Shown: positions 1 through 10,288, counted from the first letter of the stretch. The stretch is 64,000 bases of DNA from Synechococcus sp. (GCA_047284725.1 JBJBEO010000001.1:1400203-1464202), one strand, 5' to 3'. The notes: generated by a model not told the origin, from the sequence alone. Translations and numbers: made by a program.

Positions 1-84
1 CCCGACTTTCCCGTCCTGGAACTCCACCACGGCATGGAGGTGCAGATCTGGGGTGTCGCCATCCACGTGATTCACCCGCTCTGA
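1..84 (+). CDS. umuD: C-terminal end of UmuD/S24 peptidase-family protein (partial at window edge)
   Basis: Frame 1 reads PDFPVLELHHGMEVQIWGVAIHVIHPL*, resembling the S24 C-terminus; its TGA overlaps the umuC ATG (TGATG). Confidence 0.8.
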   Translation, partial: PDFPVLELHHGMEVQIWGVAIHVIHPL

Positions 85-1358
85 TGCCCCGGGCCACGGC
101 ACTGATCGACGCCAACAATTTCTACGCCTCCTGTGAGCAGAGCCTCGACCCCGCTCTGCAGGGAAAGCCAGTGGTGGTGCTGTCCAACAACGATGGCTGC
201 ATCGTGGCCCGCAGCGCCGAAGCCCGTGCTCTTGGCATCGCCATGGGAACGCCTTTTTTCCAGGCCCGACGCGAACTGGAACGGCTCAATGTGGTGGTGC
301 GCAGCTCAAACTACGCTCTCTACGCCGACATGAGTCATCGGCTGATGAGCCTGCTGGAGTGCCAGGCGGAAGAGCTGGAGATCTATTCCATTGATGAAGC
401 CTTCGCCTGCCTCAGCCGACCGGCCGATGGAGACCTCAGCGCGTGGGCAAAACAGCTGCGAGCCCGCATCAAACAGAATCTAGGTTTGCCCATTGCGGTG
501 GGGCTCGGCCAGAGCAAAAGCCAGGCCAAACTCGCCAACCAGCTGGCCAAGCGCATCCCGGCCCACGCCGGCGTGTTCGATCTGGGCCGATGCCCGGACC
601 CCGACCTCTGGCTCGAAGCGATTGCCATCGAAGATGTGTGGGGAATCGGCCGCAAGCTGTCCCACTGGTGCCGCACGCGGGGGGTCACCAATGCCCGGGA
701 GCTGCGTGACATGCCCACCGGGGTCCTGCGAGCGAAGGCAGGGGTCATGGGTTGGCGGCTGCAGCAGGAACTCCAGGGCCAGGCCTGTCTCCCCCTGGAT
801 CTGACACCCGCTCCCAAACAGGAAACCTGCGTGAGCCGCAGTTTCAGCCGACCGATCACAAGCCTGAGCGAACTGCAGCAAGCGATTGCCACCTATGTGG
901 TGCGAGCCGCCGAAAAACTGCGCCACCAACAGCAACGGGCTGGAGCTCTCACGATTTACACCCGCACCAGTCCATTCAGTGCTGGCTTCTACAGTCGTTC
1001 CGCCAGCCTCCAACTCGACCTCCCCAGCAACGACACCAGCGTGTTGCTGAAGGCGGCGTTACCTCTGGTGAGCCATATTTTTCAGCCCCACCGGCAACTG
1101 GCCAAGGCAGGTGTGCTGATGCAGCACCTCCGCAGCAGCCACCAGCTGCAGCATCACCTGCTCGCCCCCTGCGATCCCGTGCATCAGCAGCGCCGCGAGC
1201 TGCTGATGGCCACGATTGACCGGCTCAATCACCGCTATGGCCGTCATGCTGTGGCTTGGGCCGCTGGCGGACTCGCCCCGAGCTGGAGGATGCGCCGGGA
1301 ACGGCTGGGAGGCGCCACCACCACCCGCCTCAGCGACGTGCCGATCGTGCAGGCCTGA
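84..1358 (+). CDS. umuC: Y-family DNA polymerase V subunit UmuC
   Basis: Motifs LIDANNFYASCE, VVLSNNDGC, YSIDEAF, DVWGIG and C-terminal W.MRRE.L...TT. Confidence 0.95.
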   Translation: MPRATALIDANNFYASCEQSLDPALQGKPVVVLSNNDGCIVARSAEARALGIAMGTPFFQARRELERLNVVVRSSNYALYADMSHRLMSLLECQAEELEIYSIDEAFACLSRPADGDLSAWAKQLRARIKQNLGLPIAVGLGQSKSQAKLANQLAKRIPAHAGVFDLGRCPDPDLWLEAIAIEDVWGIGRKLSHWCRTRGVTNARELRDMPTGVLRAKAGVMGWRLQQELQGQACLPLDLTPAPKQETCVSRSFSRPITSLSELQQAIATYVVRAAEKLRHQQQRAGALTIYTRTSPFSAGFYSRSASLQLDLPSNDTSVLLKAALPLVSHIFQPHRQLAKAGVLMQHLRSSHQLQHHLLAPCDPVHQQRRELLMATIDRLNHRYGRHAVAWAAGGLAPSWRMRRERLGGATTTRLSDVPIVQA

Positions 1359-1384
1359 GCATCACAGCCGCGCAACAACGTGAC

Positions 1385-1681
1385 TCAGCGGCCCCAGATC
1401 AACTGAATCTCACCGGAAGCTTTCGACAGCAACAGCACCATGCCCTCCGCATGGGCATTGAGGCCGGTCTGCTCCCGCAACAGAACGGTGCTGGCGAGGG
1501 CCACACCACAGGTGTCGGCAAACAACACCGGCAATGTTGCCGGCCCGCCGCTCATGCCCTGCAGATCAAGGGCCTGCTGAACAGCGCGCTTGGAGCGGTC
1601 CAGCCCCAGGCGTTCCACACAGGTGGGCCAGAGATCGTTGACGGGTTTGAAAGCGGAGAAATCAAACGACAAATCCACCAT
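1385..1681 (-). CDS. Hypothetical protein (98 aa)
   Basis: Clean ORF whose ATG overlaps the TGA of the upstream small gene. Confidence 0.7.
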   Translation of the reverse strand: MVDLSFDFSAFKPVNDLWPTCVERLGLDRSKRAVQQALDLQGMSGGPATLPVLFADTCGVALASTVLLREQTGLNAHAEGMVLLLSKASGEIQLIWGR

Positions 1682-1931
1682 CAGGCTGAGGCCTCCGGCA
1701 GGGCATTGCTGATCATTTCAGCCGTGACAGCGATGACTTCCAGAGCATCGTCATTGTCGAGATAGGCCTCGAAGGAGGCAAACCGCTCGATATGGGGATC
1801 AGCCCCGGCAACAGCACAGGCGGACGCCCAGTCGTTGTCGTCGGGCTTGACGGCGGCAAACGCCTGAAGGGCCTCCTCCAGATCACCGCCATCACCGATG
1901 CCCTCACCGTGCCAGATCGCTTCGAGAAAGG
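1669..1931. repeat. 263-bp direct repeat, left copy
   Basis: Matches 4752-5014 with no differences found by eye. Confidence 0.95.
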
Positions 1932-1935
1932 TCAT
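1681..1935 (-). CDS. Small acidic hypothetical protein, copy 1 (MTFLEAIWHGEG..., 84 aa)
   Basis: ATG at 1935; same as copy 2 except for one missing codon near the start. Confidence 0.7.
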   Translation of the reverse strand: MTFLEAIWHGEGIGDGGDLEEALQAFAAVKPDDNDWASACAVAGADPHIERFASFEAYLDNDDALEVIAVTAEMISNALPEASA

Positions 1936-2153
1936 GCCACACAGCAAGTAACGATCCAATCAGTTCATGACATCAAGTTAACGCCAAATGAAGGACCGCA
2001 AAATAGGAAAGAAGAAATCCAGGATCAAACCAAGAAGGCGACAGCCACCAAAAAAGCGTCAACCTCTCACCGTTCGCTAAGGCTCCTCTTAGGAAGCTCC
2101 AACGCAAAAACACAAACGCAGGGGAAAATGAGTTGGAATGTGAAAATTTTTTC

Positions 2154-4598
2154 ATGGAAAACCTGACTGTGATGGATTGCCTGCGGAGCATTACATTCAT
2201 CATTCCGGGGTCAGGTACCTCTCCAGATGTAGAGGTTTATGCATACGAAGGAACAGGGGAGGACGAAGGAAAGATATTTTTCTCCGTCAAAGTTGTTGAA
2301 GGCAGCGACTTAACGGCCGATTTGTCAGGATTTTTCTTTAACCTGAATGATTTTTCAGGTGAACTATCTTCCTTGGTAGCGACTGGAGAAAATATCACTG
2401 AATTTGCAACAGGCAATGTAATCGACCTTGGCAACGGTGCCAATATGAGAGGTGGCGGCCGCAAAGGCTATGACTTCGGATTAGAGGTTGGCAAATCTGG
2501 AAGAAGGAAGGAAGATGTTGATGATATTCAAGAAATTAGCTTCACTCTAGAAGGCGGTGAAGGAGAATTCCTCACACTTGATGACATTGCACAAGTTGAG
2601 TTTGGAGTCGTTCTGAAAAGCACAGATGAATTTCGCGAAGGATCCGCAAAAAACACTTTCATTGCACCTGCAGCACCCGACGCAAACGACGATTCCTATG
2701 ATGTTTTTGAAGATGGAGCTACAAGCTATGAAGACCCACTCGAAGCAGCACAAGGCATCGTATTCAATGTTTTGAATAATGATACCGATGCTGATGGAGA
2801 CATACTCACAATTACTGGCTTTAACTCATTAGCGCAATATGGAACGCTCGAAATTATCGATGGTGACGATGCAGACAGTCTTGTAGGCGACGCAATTCTG
2901 TACACGCCAACAACTGATTTAGCGACATTAGATATTGACAAGCTGCTTGTTGACACATTTGAATATTGTATCCACGACGGCAATGGAGGGACAGATTTTG
3001 CAGAAGTGACGATCAACTATAAACCTGTTGCCGATGTGCCAGAGATCAATTTTTCCCTATCAACATACGAAGTTGGTGGACTCGTCTCCGCCAATCAAAT
3101 TCTGATTTCCATTACAGATTCAATTACTGATGATGACTTCTCAGAATACTTCAAAACATACTCACAAAATCTTCTTGAGCTTCCAGCTGGGGTTTCTCTT
3201 GATTTTCTAAGCACCAATTATGATGGCACACTTCCCAGTGCACCAATCACATCAGAGTGGTTGCTCACGCTCGATGAAGAACAAAGTTACGACTTTGACC
3301 TGCAGTTCACAGGAACCTCATTTGAGTATTTTGGATTTGGATCAGACACGCCTGATTCGCAAGAGGGTTTTTCAGATTTAATCGCGATCGATTATGTTTT
3401 CAACTCCACGGAAACAAGAGTCGAGTTTGAAGCCACCGATCAAGATATCTGGGGGACGGGAGACAATTTTGAATTTTCAGACGACCAATTCATCGGAATT
3501 GAAGGAAACTGGGATACACCATCAGACGGAGCTCTTTATTTCAGCTCGCAAGGAAATGTAAGGATTGGATTCGATTCCAGCCTCGAAATCAATGGTGGCT
3601 CCATTGACGCAACGACAATCTATGATATTACAGCAGAATCCCAATACAATAAAACCTTAGATTTCTTGCAGATCAACACTTTCGCAGAGGCTGTTAGTAC
3701 AAGTTTTCAAACCACCAGTCCTAGTGGTGCATACGATCTAGACTTCATATTTGACGTCTCAATCAGCGCCACTGCAGGCGTGAATATAACTTTGCTAGAG
3801 ACCGAACTAGGAGATGTGGCAATCAATGAATCAATCAGCATTAGCACCCCAGCTGCATTTGCTGACAATGTAATTGATTTGATTGAATTCGACTCAACAC
3901 AAGTAACTCCTGTTGAGATACCAATCGCCGGTGATTTAGCGTTAGCAACACTTGCTTGGCCTCAACTTTCGGTCGAAGGTGAAGATTCAGGAAGTATCGC
4001 CCAGGAAGAGGGAGCTAGCAACAACTTTCTGCAGTTTGATTTAGATCTCGACGAAGCCGCAACAAAGCTATTTGGGCTACCTGTCAATATTATTGATCCT
4101 CCAAGAACGAATCTTGGACCGGCTTATTTTGATGTTCAACTTTTAGATGTTGACGTCAATGCTGGATTAAACTTCCTGCAAGATTTTGAACTCGAAACGC
4201 AAAGCCTTGATGGCAAGATAGTGTTTGAGAATGGCGCTGAGGTAGATTTCATCATTGGCGAGAGCCTCCAGTTTGCTAATGCATCCCAATACGACTCCAA
4301 TTTAGATGGGAACGTTGAGTACGATGTTATTGTCAACCCCAATTCAACTCTCGAAAATGACACGAGTGTTGGCTTCAACCTTGGCTTTGAGATAGAGGGT
4401 CCAAGTGCAGAAATTGGATACGAGATCGACAATCCATTCAGCTTTTTAGCTGGCCCAGAATCCTTCTCAGGAAGCACAACATTGGGTCCATATGGAACAT
4501 TTGATACTTCTGTAGGTGTTTTTGACCTTCCTGTCTACAATGAAGATGCTTTTGCCTTTATCTTTGAAGAGTCCACGATTGCTGGCCTGTCGGCATAA
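2154..4598 (+). CDS. Large acidic putative surface/extracellular protein with an Ig-like/cadherin-like domain
   Basis: APDANDDSYDV..ED, NVLNNDTDADGDILTI, ILYTP and FEYCIHDGNGGTDFAEVTI match cadherin-like/Big repeats; very D/E/S/T-rich; start could be 2133, 2154 or 2172. Confidence 0.8.
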   Translation: MENLTVMDCLRSITFIIPGSGTSPDVEVYAYEGTGEDEGKIFFSVKVVEGSDLTADLSGFFFNLNDFSGELSSLVATGENITEFATGNVIDLGNGANMRGGGRKGYDFGLEVGKSGRRKEDVDDIQEISFTLEGGEGEFLTLDDIAQVEFGVVLKSTDEFREGSAKNTFIAPAAPDANDDSYDVFEDGATSYEDPLEAAQGIVFNVLNNDTDADGDILTITGFNSLAQYGTLEIIDGDDADSLVGDAILYTPTTDLATLDIDKLLVDTFEYCIHDGNGGTDFAEVTINYKPVADVPEINFSLSTYEVGGLVSANQILISITDSITDDDFSEYFKTYSQNLLELPAGVSLDFLSTNYDGTLPSAPITSEWLLTLDEEQSYDFDLQFTGTSFEYFGFGSDTPDSQEGFSDLIAIDYVFNSTETRVEFEATDQDIWGTGDNFEFSDDQFIGIEGNWDTPSDGALYFSSQGNVRIGFDSSLEINGGSIDATTIYDITAESQYNKTLDFLQINTFAEAVSTSFQTTSPSGAYDLDFIFDVSISATAGVNITLLETELGDVAINESISISTPAAFADNVIDLIEFDSTQVTPVEIPIAGDLALATLAWPQLSVEGEDSGSIAQEEGASNNFLQFDLDLDEAATKLFGLPVNIIDPPRTNLGPAYFDVQLLDVDVNAGLNFLQDFELETQSLDGKIVFENGAEVDFIIGESLQFANASQYDSNLDGNVEYDVIVNPNSTLENDTSVGFNLGFEIEGPSAEIGYEIDNPFSFLAGPESFSGSTTLGPYGTFDTSVGVFDLPVYNEDAFAFIFEESTIAGLSA

Positions 4599-4623
4599 TT
4601 TATTTAACACCAAAGTAAAGATT

Positions 4624-4655
4624 GCCCTCCTTGGCTTTGCCATGGAGGGTTTTTA
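4624..4655 (+). terminator. Rho-independent terminator
   Basis: Hairpin CCCTCC-TTGGC-TTT-GCCAT-GGAGGG followed by TTTTT, just after the stop at 4598. Confidence 0.75.
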
Positions 4656-4751
4656 TTTCAAATTCAATTTTGACCTCTGATGAATGGATGAAATCATTGC
4701 CATAAAAATGCAATAACGCCAGCCATAGTTATAAGTGAAAGACATTGCCAA

Positions 4752-5014
4752 ACAAATCCACCATCAGGCTGAGGCCTCCGGCAGGGCATTGCTGATCATT
4801 TCAGCCGTGACAGCGATGACTTCCAGAGCATCGTCATTGTCGAGATAGGCCTCGAAGGAGGCAAACCGCTCGATATGGGGATCAGCCCCGGCAACAGCAC
4901 AGGCGGACGCCCAGTCGTTGTCGTCGGGCTTGACGGCGGCAAACGCCTGAAGGGCCTCCTCCAGATCACCGCCATCACCGATGCCCTCACCGTGCCAGAT
5001 CGCTTCGAGAAAGG
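4752..5014. repeat. 263-bp direct repeat, right copy
   Basis: Matches 1669-1931. Confidence 0.95.
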
Positions 5015-5021
5015 CCGTCAT
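4764..5021 (-). CDS. Small acidic hypothetical protein, copy 2 (MTAFLEAIWHGEG..., 85 aa)
   Basis: ATG at 5021; lies downstream of dnaG in host-like GC context. Confidence 0.75.
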   Translation of the reverse strand: MTAFLEAIWHGEGIGDGGDLEEALQAFAAVKPDDNDWASACAVAGADPHIERFASFEAYLDNDDALEVIAVTAEMISNALPEASA

Positions 5022-5162
5022 GATGCAGGGGGTCAGAAAGGAAGGCAGACATGGCAGAGACCATGCCGCCACCATCATCCGACCGCACGTCCAACGTTCA
5101 AGAGCAGGCCAGCACAGGAGGCAAGCCGAGGAGAATCAATCCGGCTCCCGGGGGGAAGCCCC

Positions 5163-7244
5163 TCATGCCGCAGGAGGCAGGACTTCACCAGGGGGAGCCT
5201 GGCTGGTGCTGTAGCCGGCACAACGCTGTTGATCGAGGTGAGCGATGTGCTTGCGCTCGCTGTAATACAAAGCCTGAAACCGCAGGGCATCGGTGTTGAG
5301 ATCTTCAAACAACGTTTGGATCCGCTGCTCGATATCAATGTTGGCCAGCGCCTGGGGTTGATCCTGCTCTTCCGCAATCAACGAGGCGATGCAACGCTCA
5401 AGGGTCTGCAAACGCTGCCCACCCCAGGCTTCGAGCAGGTGACGACAACGCTTGAGGCTTTTTTGGCGCTCGAGCATGGCCGCAGTGCCCCGGAGTTGCT
5501 GCATCGGATTCGCCAAGGCAAGCAACTGCAGTTCACCGGGCTCCAGCAAGGGGGTCAGTCGTGACACCAAGGCACTGTTCTCGAGCAACAGCTGATCGGT
5601 CAGCAACCGCGGCAGGTCAAGGTCTGCCAGTTCATGGCCTTCGTCCTGACCGCGACTGACCGCCTCGAGGCGTCCAGCCCCGATGTTGGTCTCCTCAAGA
5701 TCCGTGAGGGCGGCCCAGAGCAGTCGATGGTGCTGGAGCGCGAAATCTTCCAGTTCCCTCTCGCGCAGTTCACGCCGGATGGCGCTGCGATGAGATGGGC
5801 AATGGAGGTACAACCGCAGGATTTCCGCCTCGGAGCGCTCCCGCTGGCTGGATTCTCCGGGTTGTTCAAACCGCGCCGATCGGCCGTGCCAGCGCTGACC
5901 TTTCACCTGCTGACGCAGGTCTTCCTCCAACTGCAGGGCCAGCCGCCCTTGCCCGCCACTGAGTCGCTCAGCCACCTGCTGCAGATAGTGGGTGCGCACG
6001 GCCGATGGAGGCAATTTGCCCAGCAGCTCCACCAGGGCACTCACCCCCTGCTGGAACTGATCGGCCTTGTTCAAGTCACGGCCCTCAAGCACCTGCTCGA
6101 TCTGCCAGTCGAGCCACAGGGGTGCCTGATCAAGCAACGCCCGGTAGTCCCCTGGACCATGCTCCTTGAGGAACTCGTCGGGGTCCTTGCCGGAGGGCAG
6201 GTGAAGCACACGCAACTCCAGCTGACCCTGCAGAGCCAGTTGCTCCACTTCACCGATGGCTCGATTGGCGGCTCGGACGCCAGCGCCATCGGCGTCGAAA
6301 TTGAGCACGATCCGTTTGCCATCACTGCAGCGGCAGAGCTGCGTGATCTGCTGGCTGCTCAACGCCGTGCCCAACGCGGCCACAGCATTGGTGATACCAG
6401 CGGCGTGAAGGGCAATCACATCGAAATAGCCCTCCACCACCACCGCCCGATCGTCTTTGCGGATGGGATTGGCGGCCCGATCGAGACCGAACAGATGCTT
6501 GCCTTTTTCAAACACCTCCGTCTCCGGAGAGTTGAGGTATTTGGGCTCGCCGCCATCAAGGCTTCGGCCACCGAAACCAATCACCCGGCCCTGACGGTCG
6601 CGGATCGGCACCATCACGCGATGGCGGAAGCGGTCGTAAAAGCCATGACCGCCTTTACGTGGCACCACCAACCCTGCAGCTTCCAGCAGCTCAGGGGACA
6701 ACCCCTCCACCTGCTGTAGATGGTTGAGCAGACCATCCCATTGGTCAGGGGCATACCCCAGCTCAAACGCCTCCAGGGTGGCCTCGGTCAGGCCCCGGTC
6801 GTCCCGTAAGTACTTGAGGGCAGCCTGTCCGGCCTGCGAGCGCAACTGGGTTCGAAACCAGCCTGAAGCCAGAGCGAGAGCCCGATGCAACGTCTCTCGA
6901 CGTGACAGTTGCTGACGCAACCGCTCCTGCTGAGGCCCATCAACCGTTTCAACCGGCAGCTGATATTTCCGCGCCAGTTCCAGCACCACGTCGCTGAAAC
7001 TCTGGCGCTGCAGTTCCATCAGGAACTTGATGGAGTTGCCTCCGGCGCCGCAGGAAAAGCAGTAATAGAACTGCTTGGCAGGGGACACCGTCATGGACGG
7101 TTTGCTGTCGTCGTGAAACGGACAAATGCCGACGAACTCACGGCCCTTCTTCTTGAGCACCACGTGCTCTCCGACCACATCAACAATGTCGGCCCGTTCC
7201 TTGACGGCGTCGATCGTGCGGGGGTGAAGACGGGGCATCGCCAT
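5163..7244 (-). CDS. dnaG: DNA primase
   Basis: Zn finger CPFHDDSKPS...YYCFSC, YDRFRHRV, KYLNSPET, TOPRIM VVEGYFDV and FDAD.AG; start at 7244 or 7238. Confidence 0.97.
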   Translation of the reverse strand: MAMPRLHPRTIDAVKERADIVDVVGEHVVLKKKGREFVGICPFHDDSKPSMTVSPAKQFYYCFSCGAGGNSIKFLMELQRQSFSDVVLELARKYQLPVETVDGPQQERLRQQLSRRETLHRALALASGWFRTQLRSQAGQAALKYLRDDRGLTEATLEAFELGYAPDQWDGLLNHLQQVEGLSPELLEAAGLVVPRKGGHGFYDRFRHRVMVPIRDRQGRVIGFGGRSLDGGEPKYLNSPETEVFEKGKHLFGLDRAANPIRKDDRAVVVEGYFDVIALHAAGITNAVAALGTALSSQQITQLCRCSDGKRIVLNFDADGAGVRAANRAIGEVEQLALQGQLELRVLHLPSGKDPDEFLKEHGPGDYRALLDQAPLWLDWQIEQVLEGRDLNKADQFQQGVSALVELLGKLPPSAVRTHYLQQVAERLSGGQGRLALQLEEDLRQQVKGQRWHGRSARFEQPGESSQRERSEAEILRLYLHCPSHRSAIRRELRERELEDFALQHHRLLWAALTDLEETNIGAGRLEAVSRGQDEGHELADLDLPRLLTDQLLLENSALVSRLTPLLEPGELQLLALANPMQQLRGTAAMLERQKSLKRCRHLLEAWGGQRLQTLERCIASLIAEEQDQPQALANIDIEQRIQTLFEDLNTDALRFQALYYSERKHIAHLDQQRCAGYSTSQAPPGEVLPPAA

Positions 7245-7326
7245 GGCCCCATTCTGCGAGACCCTGCTCTCAACGGTGGAGGAGGGTGCGGTGCCAGGGT
7301 TGGCTCCAAGATGCCCGCCCCTACGG

Positions 7327-8226
7327 ATGCAACCACTGCTCAAGGCCATCCGGGGACGTCAATCACCAGAGGAATGGCGCGCCTGCGGTTGTCTGATTCT
7401 TTGCGCGCTGGCCTTCAGCCTGATGACGGTCTGCGTCAAGCATCTCGGCGGGGCACTGCCAGTGGCGGAAATCGTGTTCGTACGCTCGTTGATCAGCATC
7501 GCGATCACCCTGGGGATGCTCCACCGCGCCCAGGTCTCACCCTGGGGACAACGGCGAGGCTTGCTGCTGGTTCGCGGCGCCCTTGGCACCACAGCCCTGC
7601 TGTTTTTCTTTGAAGCCCTGGCGCGTCTTCCCCTGGCAGCCGCCACCCTGCTCCAGTACACCTATCCGACACTCACCGCCATCAGTGCCTGGTTGCTGCT
7701 CGGCGAACCGATCCGCAAACGCATCGGTTTGGCGGTGTTGCTCGGCTGGCTTGGGGTGATGCTCGTGGTGCAGCCTGATTGGATCGGGAGCTCAGTGGCA
7801 GGTCTACCGGCCATGGCCGTGGTGATCGGCCTTGGTGGTGCTCTGCTCACGGCCCTGGCCTACGTGAGCGTGCGCCAGCTCTCAGCCAGCGAACACCCCC
7901 TGGTGATCGTTTTTTATTTTCCGTTCGTCTCCGTACCGGCAACGCTGCCGTTCTTCTGGGGAGAAGCGGTTTGGCCGACGGCCATCCAGTGGATCTGGCT
8001 GCTGGGCGTGGGCTTGTTCACCCAACTTGGCCAGATTTGGCTGACGGAAGGGCTGGCGGCTCTGCCTGCTGCACGCGCCACCTCAATCAACTACGTGCAA
8101 GTTGTTTTCGCATCACTCTGGGGGGTGCTGTTCTTTGCCGAAGCGGTCACCGCCACGGTGGTGCTTGGCGCCGCCTGCGTGTTGGGGGCCACGCTGATCA
8201 GCCTCAGTGCCCGTCAGGCCCGTTGA
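7327..8226 (+). CDS. EamA/DMT family membrane transporter
   Basis: About 10 hydrophobic segments in two repeats; YTYP...LLGE and LFFAE motifs; start uncertain. Confidence 0.85.
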   Translation: MQPLLKAIRGRQSPEEWRACGCLILCALAFSLMTVCVKHLGGALPVAEIVFVRSLISIAITLGMLHRAQVSPWGQRRGLLLVRGALGTTALLFFFEALARLPLAAATLLQYTYPTLTAISAWLLLGEPIRKRIGLAVLLGWLGVMLVVQPDWIGSSVAGLPAMAVVIGLGGALLTALAYVSVRQLSASEHPLVIVFYFPFVSVPATLPFFWGEAVWPTAIQWIWLLGVGLFTQLGQIWLTEGLAALPAARATSINYVQVVFASLWGVLFFAEAVTATVVLGAACVLGATLISLSARQAR

Positions 8227-8340
8227 GCCGGCCTGAGCACGACAGCTCCACCGCACGACAACACCTCGCGCAGTTAACGCCTGATGCCGCGATCCAGCGA
8301 TTCCCCATTCGGCATCCGCGGCGAACACCCAGCTCGTCGT

Positions 8341-8784
8341 TCAGGCCTGATCAAGGGGCAATGGATAGGTCACCCACTCCTGGCCACCGGTTTCCGTGGT
8401 ACCGACGGGTTGGGCCAGACGCCAGCTCTCACCCCGTTCGCCACGTTCAAGGAAGAGCTCGAAGGGACTGTCGACTCTGACGCGATCGCCCGGCAAGCGC
8501 CAATCGAAACGCCCCGTGAGGTGGAGACCTCGATGATCGGCAAGGCGCATCGCCCCCTGCTCCTCCACGCGCACCCGACTGACATCAGGAAGCCCTGCCG
8601 CCTCGAGATCCAGCGACTGGGCAATGGCCGTTTGCGTCAACTGAATCTGAAGACCCAATGCCTTCAGCAACACGGCACGAGGGGGTTGATCAGGGCCGGA
8701 GCAGGCCGTCATGCCGAGGCCAAGAAGCACCACGCAAACCAGAGCGACCCCATGTTGAATCCAGCGTTTCAGGCGGGGGGGCAT
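8341..8784 (-). CDS. Putative lipoprotein
   Basis: Basic N-terminus, hydrophobic stretch and lipobox-like MTAC; the longer ORF overlaps ruvA, so the start was set at 8784. Confidence 0.65.
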   Translation of the reverse strand: MPPRLKRWIQHGVALVCVVLLGLGMTACSGPDQPPRAVLLKALGLQIQLTQTAIAQSLDLEAAGLPDVSRVRVEEQGAMRLADHRGLHLTGRFDWRLPGDRVRVDSPFELFLERGERGESWRLAQPVGTTETGGQEWVTYPLPLDQA

Positions 8785-8835
8785 GACGAAAGGGCTCGAC
8801 AGGTCAGGCAGCATGGAAGCAACGAGAGCAACCCC

Positions 8836-9486
8836 ATGATCGGTTGGCTGCAAGGGGAGCGCATTGACACCTGGTCTCAAGGTGGTCGAAAAGGCCTCGT
8901 GATCGCTTGCGGCGGCGTGGGCTACGAGGTTCAACTTACTTCTGGTCAACAGACAAGGCTGGAGACGGAGAGCCGCTGCACCGTCTGGATTCATCAGGTG
9001 CAACGCGACGATGGCACCAGCTTGTACGGCTTCGTTGAACGTCAGGAACGGGATTTGTTCCGGACCTTGATTGGAGTGAATGGGGTGGGTCCACAGATGG
9101 CCTTGGCCCTGCTCGAATGCTGTGGCGCCTCAGCGCTGGTTGAGGCGATCGTGGAAGGAGATCTGCGGCGCCTCACCCAGGCCCAGGGGGTCGGCAAACG
9201 GACAGCCGAGAGGCTTGCGGTGGAACTTCGCGATCGTCTCAGTGGCTGGCGTTCACCGGCACCGGATGCCCTGTCACTGGTGGACCGCACCGACCTGAAG
9301 ATGCTGCCGATTCAGGGCGATCCCCTCGAGGAACTGCAGCAAACCCTGGAAGCCCTCGGATACGAAGATCTTGAAATCCGGCGAGCGATGCGAGCCGTTG
9401 CCAATGCTGATCCGTCACCTGACCCTGATGATGCCGATGCCTGGTTACGACAAAGCCTGCGCTGGCTCAGTCAGGCATCGGCTTGA
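8836..9486 (+). CDS. ruvA: Holliday junction branch migration protein RuvA
   Basis: MIGWLQG, GVGYEV, LYGF...ERDLF, HhH motifs GVGPQMA and GVGKRTAERL. Confidence 0.95.
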   Translation: MIGWLQGERIDTWSQGGRKGLVIACGGVGYEVQLTSGQQTRLETESRCTVWIHQVQRDDGTSLYGFVERQERDLFRTLIGVNGVGPQMALALLECCGASALVEAIVEGDLRRLTQAQGVGKRTAERLAVELRDRLSGWRSPAPDALSLVDRTDLKMLPIQGDPLEELQQTLEALGYEDLEIRRAMRAVANADPSPDPDDADAWLRQSLRWLSQASA

Positions 9487-9541
9487 GGGGACCGTGACGA
9501 GGTAAATTGGTTGTTTGCACTGTCAGGGCCAGACGCCGCGC

Positions 9542-9811
9542 ATGTCGCTCGATACCACTCAGAAGCAGCAGCTGATCAACACCCACCAGACCCACGCCAC
9601 CGATACAGGATCGGCTGAGGTTCAAGTGGCCATGCTGACCGAGCGCATCTCCAAGCTCAGCAGCCACCTGCAGAACAACATCCACGACTTCTCCTCCCGT
9701 CAAGGGTTGCTGAAGATGATTGGCCGCCGCAAGCGTCTTCTCAGCTACGTGCGCAACAAGAGTGAGCAGCGTTACAGCGATCTGATCGGCAAACTGGGCA
9801 TCCGCGGCTGA
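9542..9811 (+). CDS. rpsO: 30S ribosomal protein S15
   Basis: [33 protein letters not shown]. Confidence 0.98.
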   Translation: MSLDTTQKQQLINTHQTHATDTGSAEVQVAMLTERISKLSSHLQNNIHDFSSRQGLLKMIGRRKRLLSYVRNKSEQRYSDLIGKLGIRG

Positions 9812-9836
9812 TTCGCCGCTTTCCAACGTTCCAGTC

Positions 9837-10250
9837 ATGGCCGATCAACGCAAACCCCTGCCGTTTGAACCCCGTCGATCGGTCGACGCAGCCAACCCGA
9901 CGAAAGGTGTGGCCCGGTCGCGAACCACCTCCCAGCCCATCCCGAAGGCTGTTGCCAATCGCATGGCACGCCGTGTTGCCATCGCAACGGGCGTGCCTTC
10001 GGTGATGGGTATGGCTGTCTTTATTGTCAGCTACGTACTTGTCTCCCGACAAATCCTTGAGATTCCACCAGGTATCACACTGGTGAGTTCAGGAGCTTGC
10101 TTCCTGCTTGGTCTGGTGGGCCTGAGTTATGGCGTGCTGTCTGCCAGCTGGGAAGCCCAGCCCGGCACTTTGCTCGGCCTTGAACACATCAAGCCCAATC
10201 TTCAACGGATGCGCAGTTCAATCAAGGCCCAGAACAGCAGCAGCACGTAA
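9837..10250 (+). CDS. PAM68-family photosystem II assembly protein
   Basis: IPKAVANRMARR, two TM helices, LSYGVLSASW; follows rpsO as in other cyanobacteria. Confidence 0.85.
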   Translation: MADQRKPLPFEPRRSVDAANPTKGVARSRTTSQPIPKAVANRMARRVAIATGVPSVMGMAVFIVSYVLVSRQILEIPPGITLVSSGACFLLGLVGLSYGVLSASWEAQPGTLLGLEHIKPNLQRMRSSIKAQNSSST

Positions 10251-10288
10251 CGGTGCCTGTTCATCGCAACGACATCACTCAACACAAA

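Larger units (their letters stand above)
1932..4751. mobile_element. AT-rich single-gene insertion flanked by 263-bp direct repeats
   Basis: Abrupt drop in GC, flanking repeats, no integrase or transposase inside. Confidence 0.75.

Noticed and set aside
8284..8835. N-terminal extension of RuvA
   Set aside because: Antisense to the lipoprotein gene; RuvA starts at MIGWLQG.
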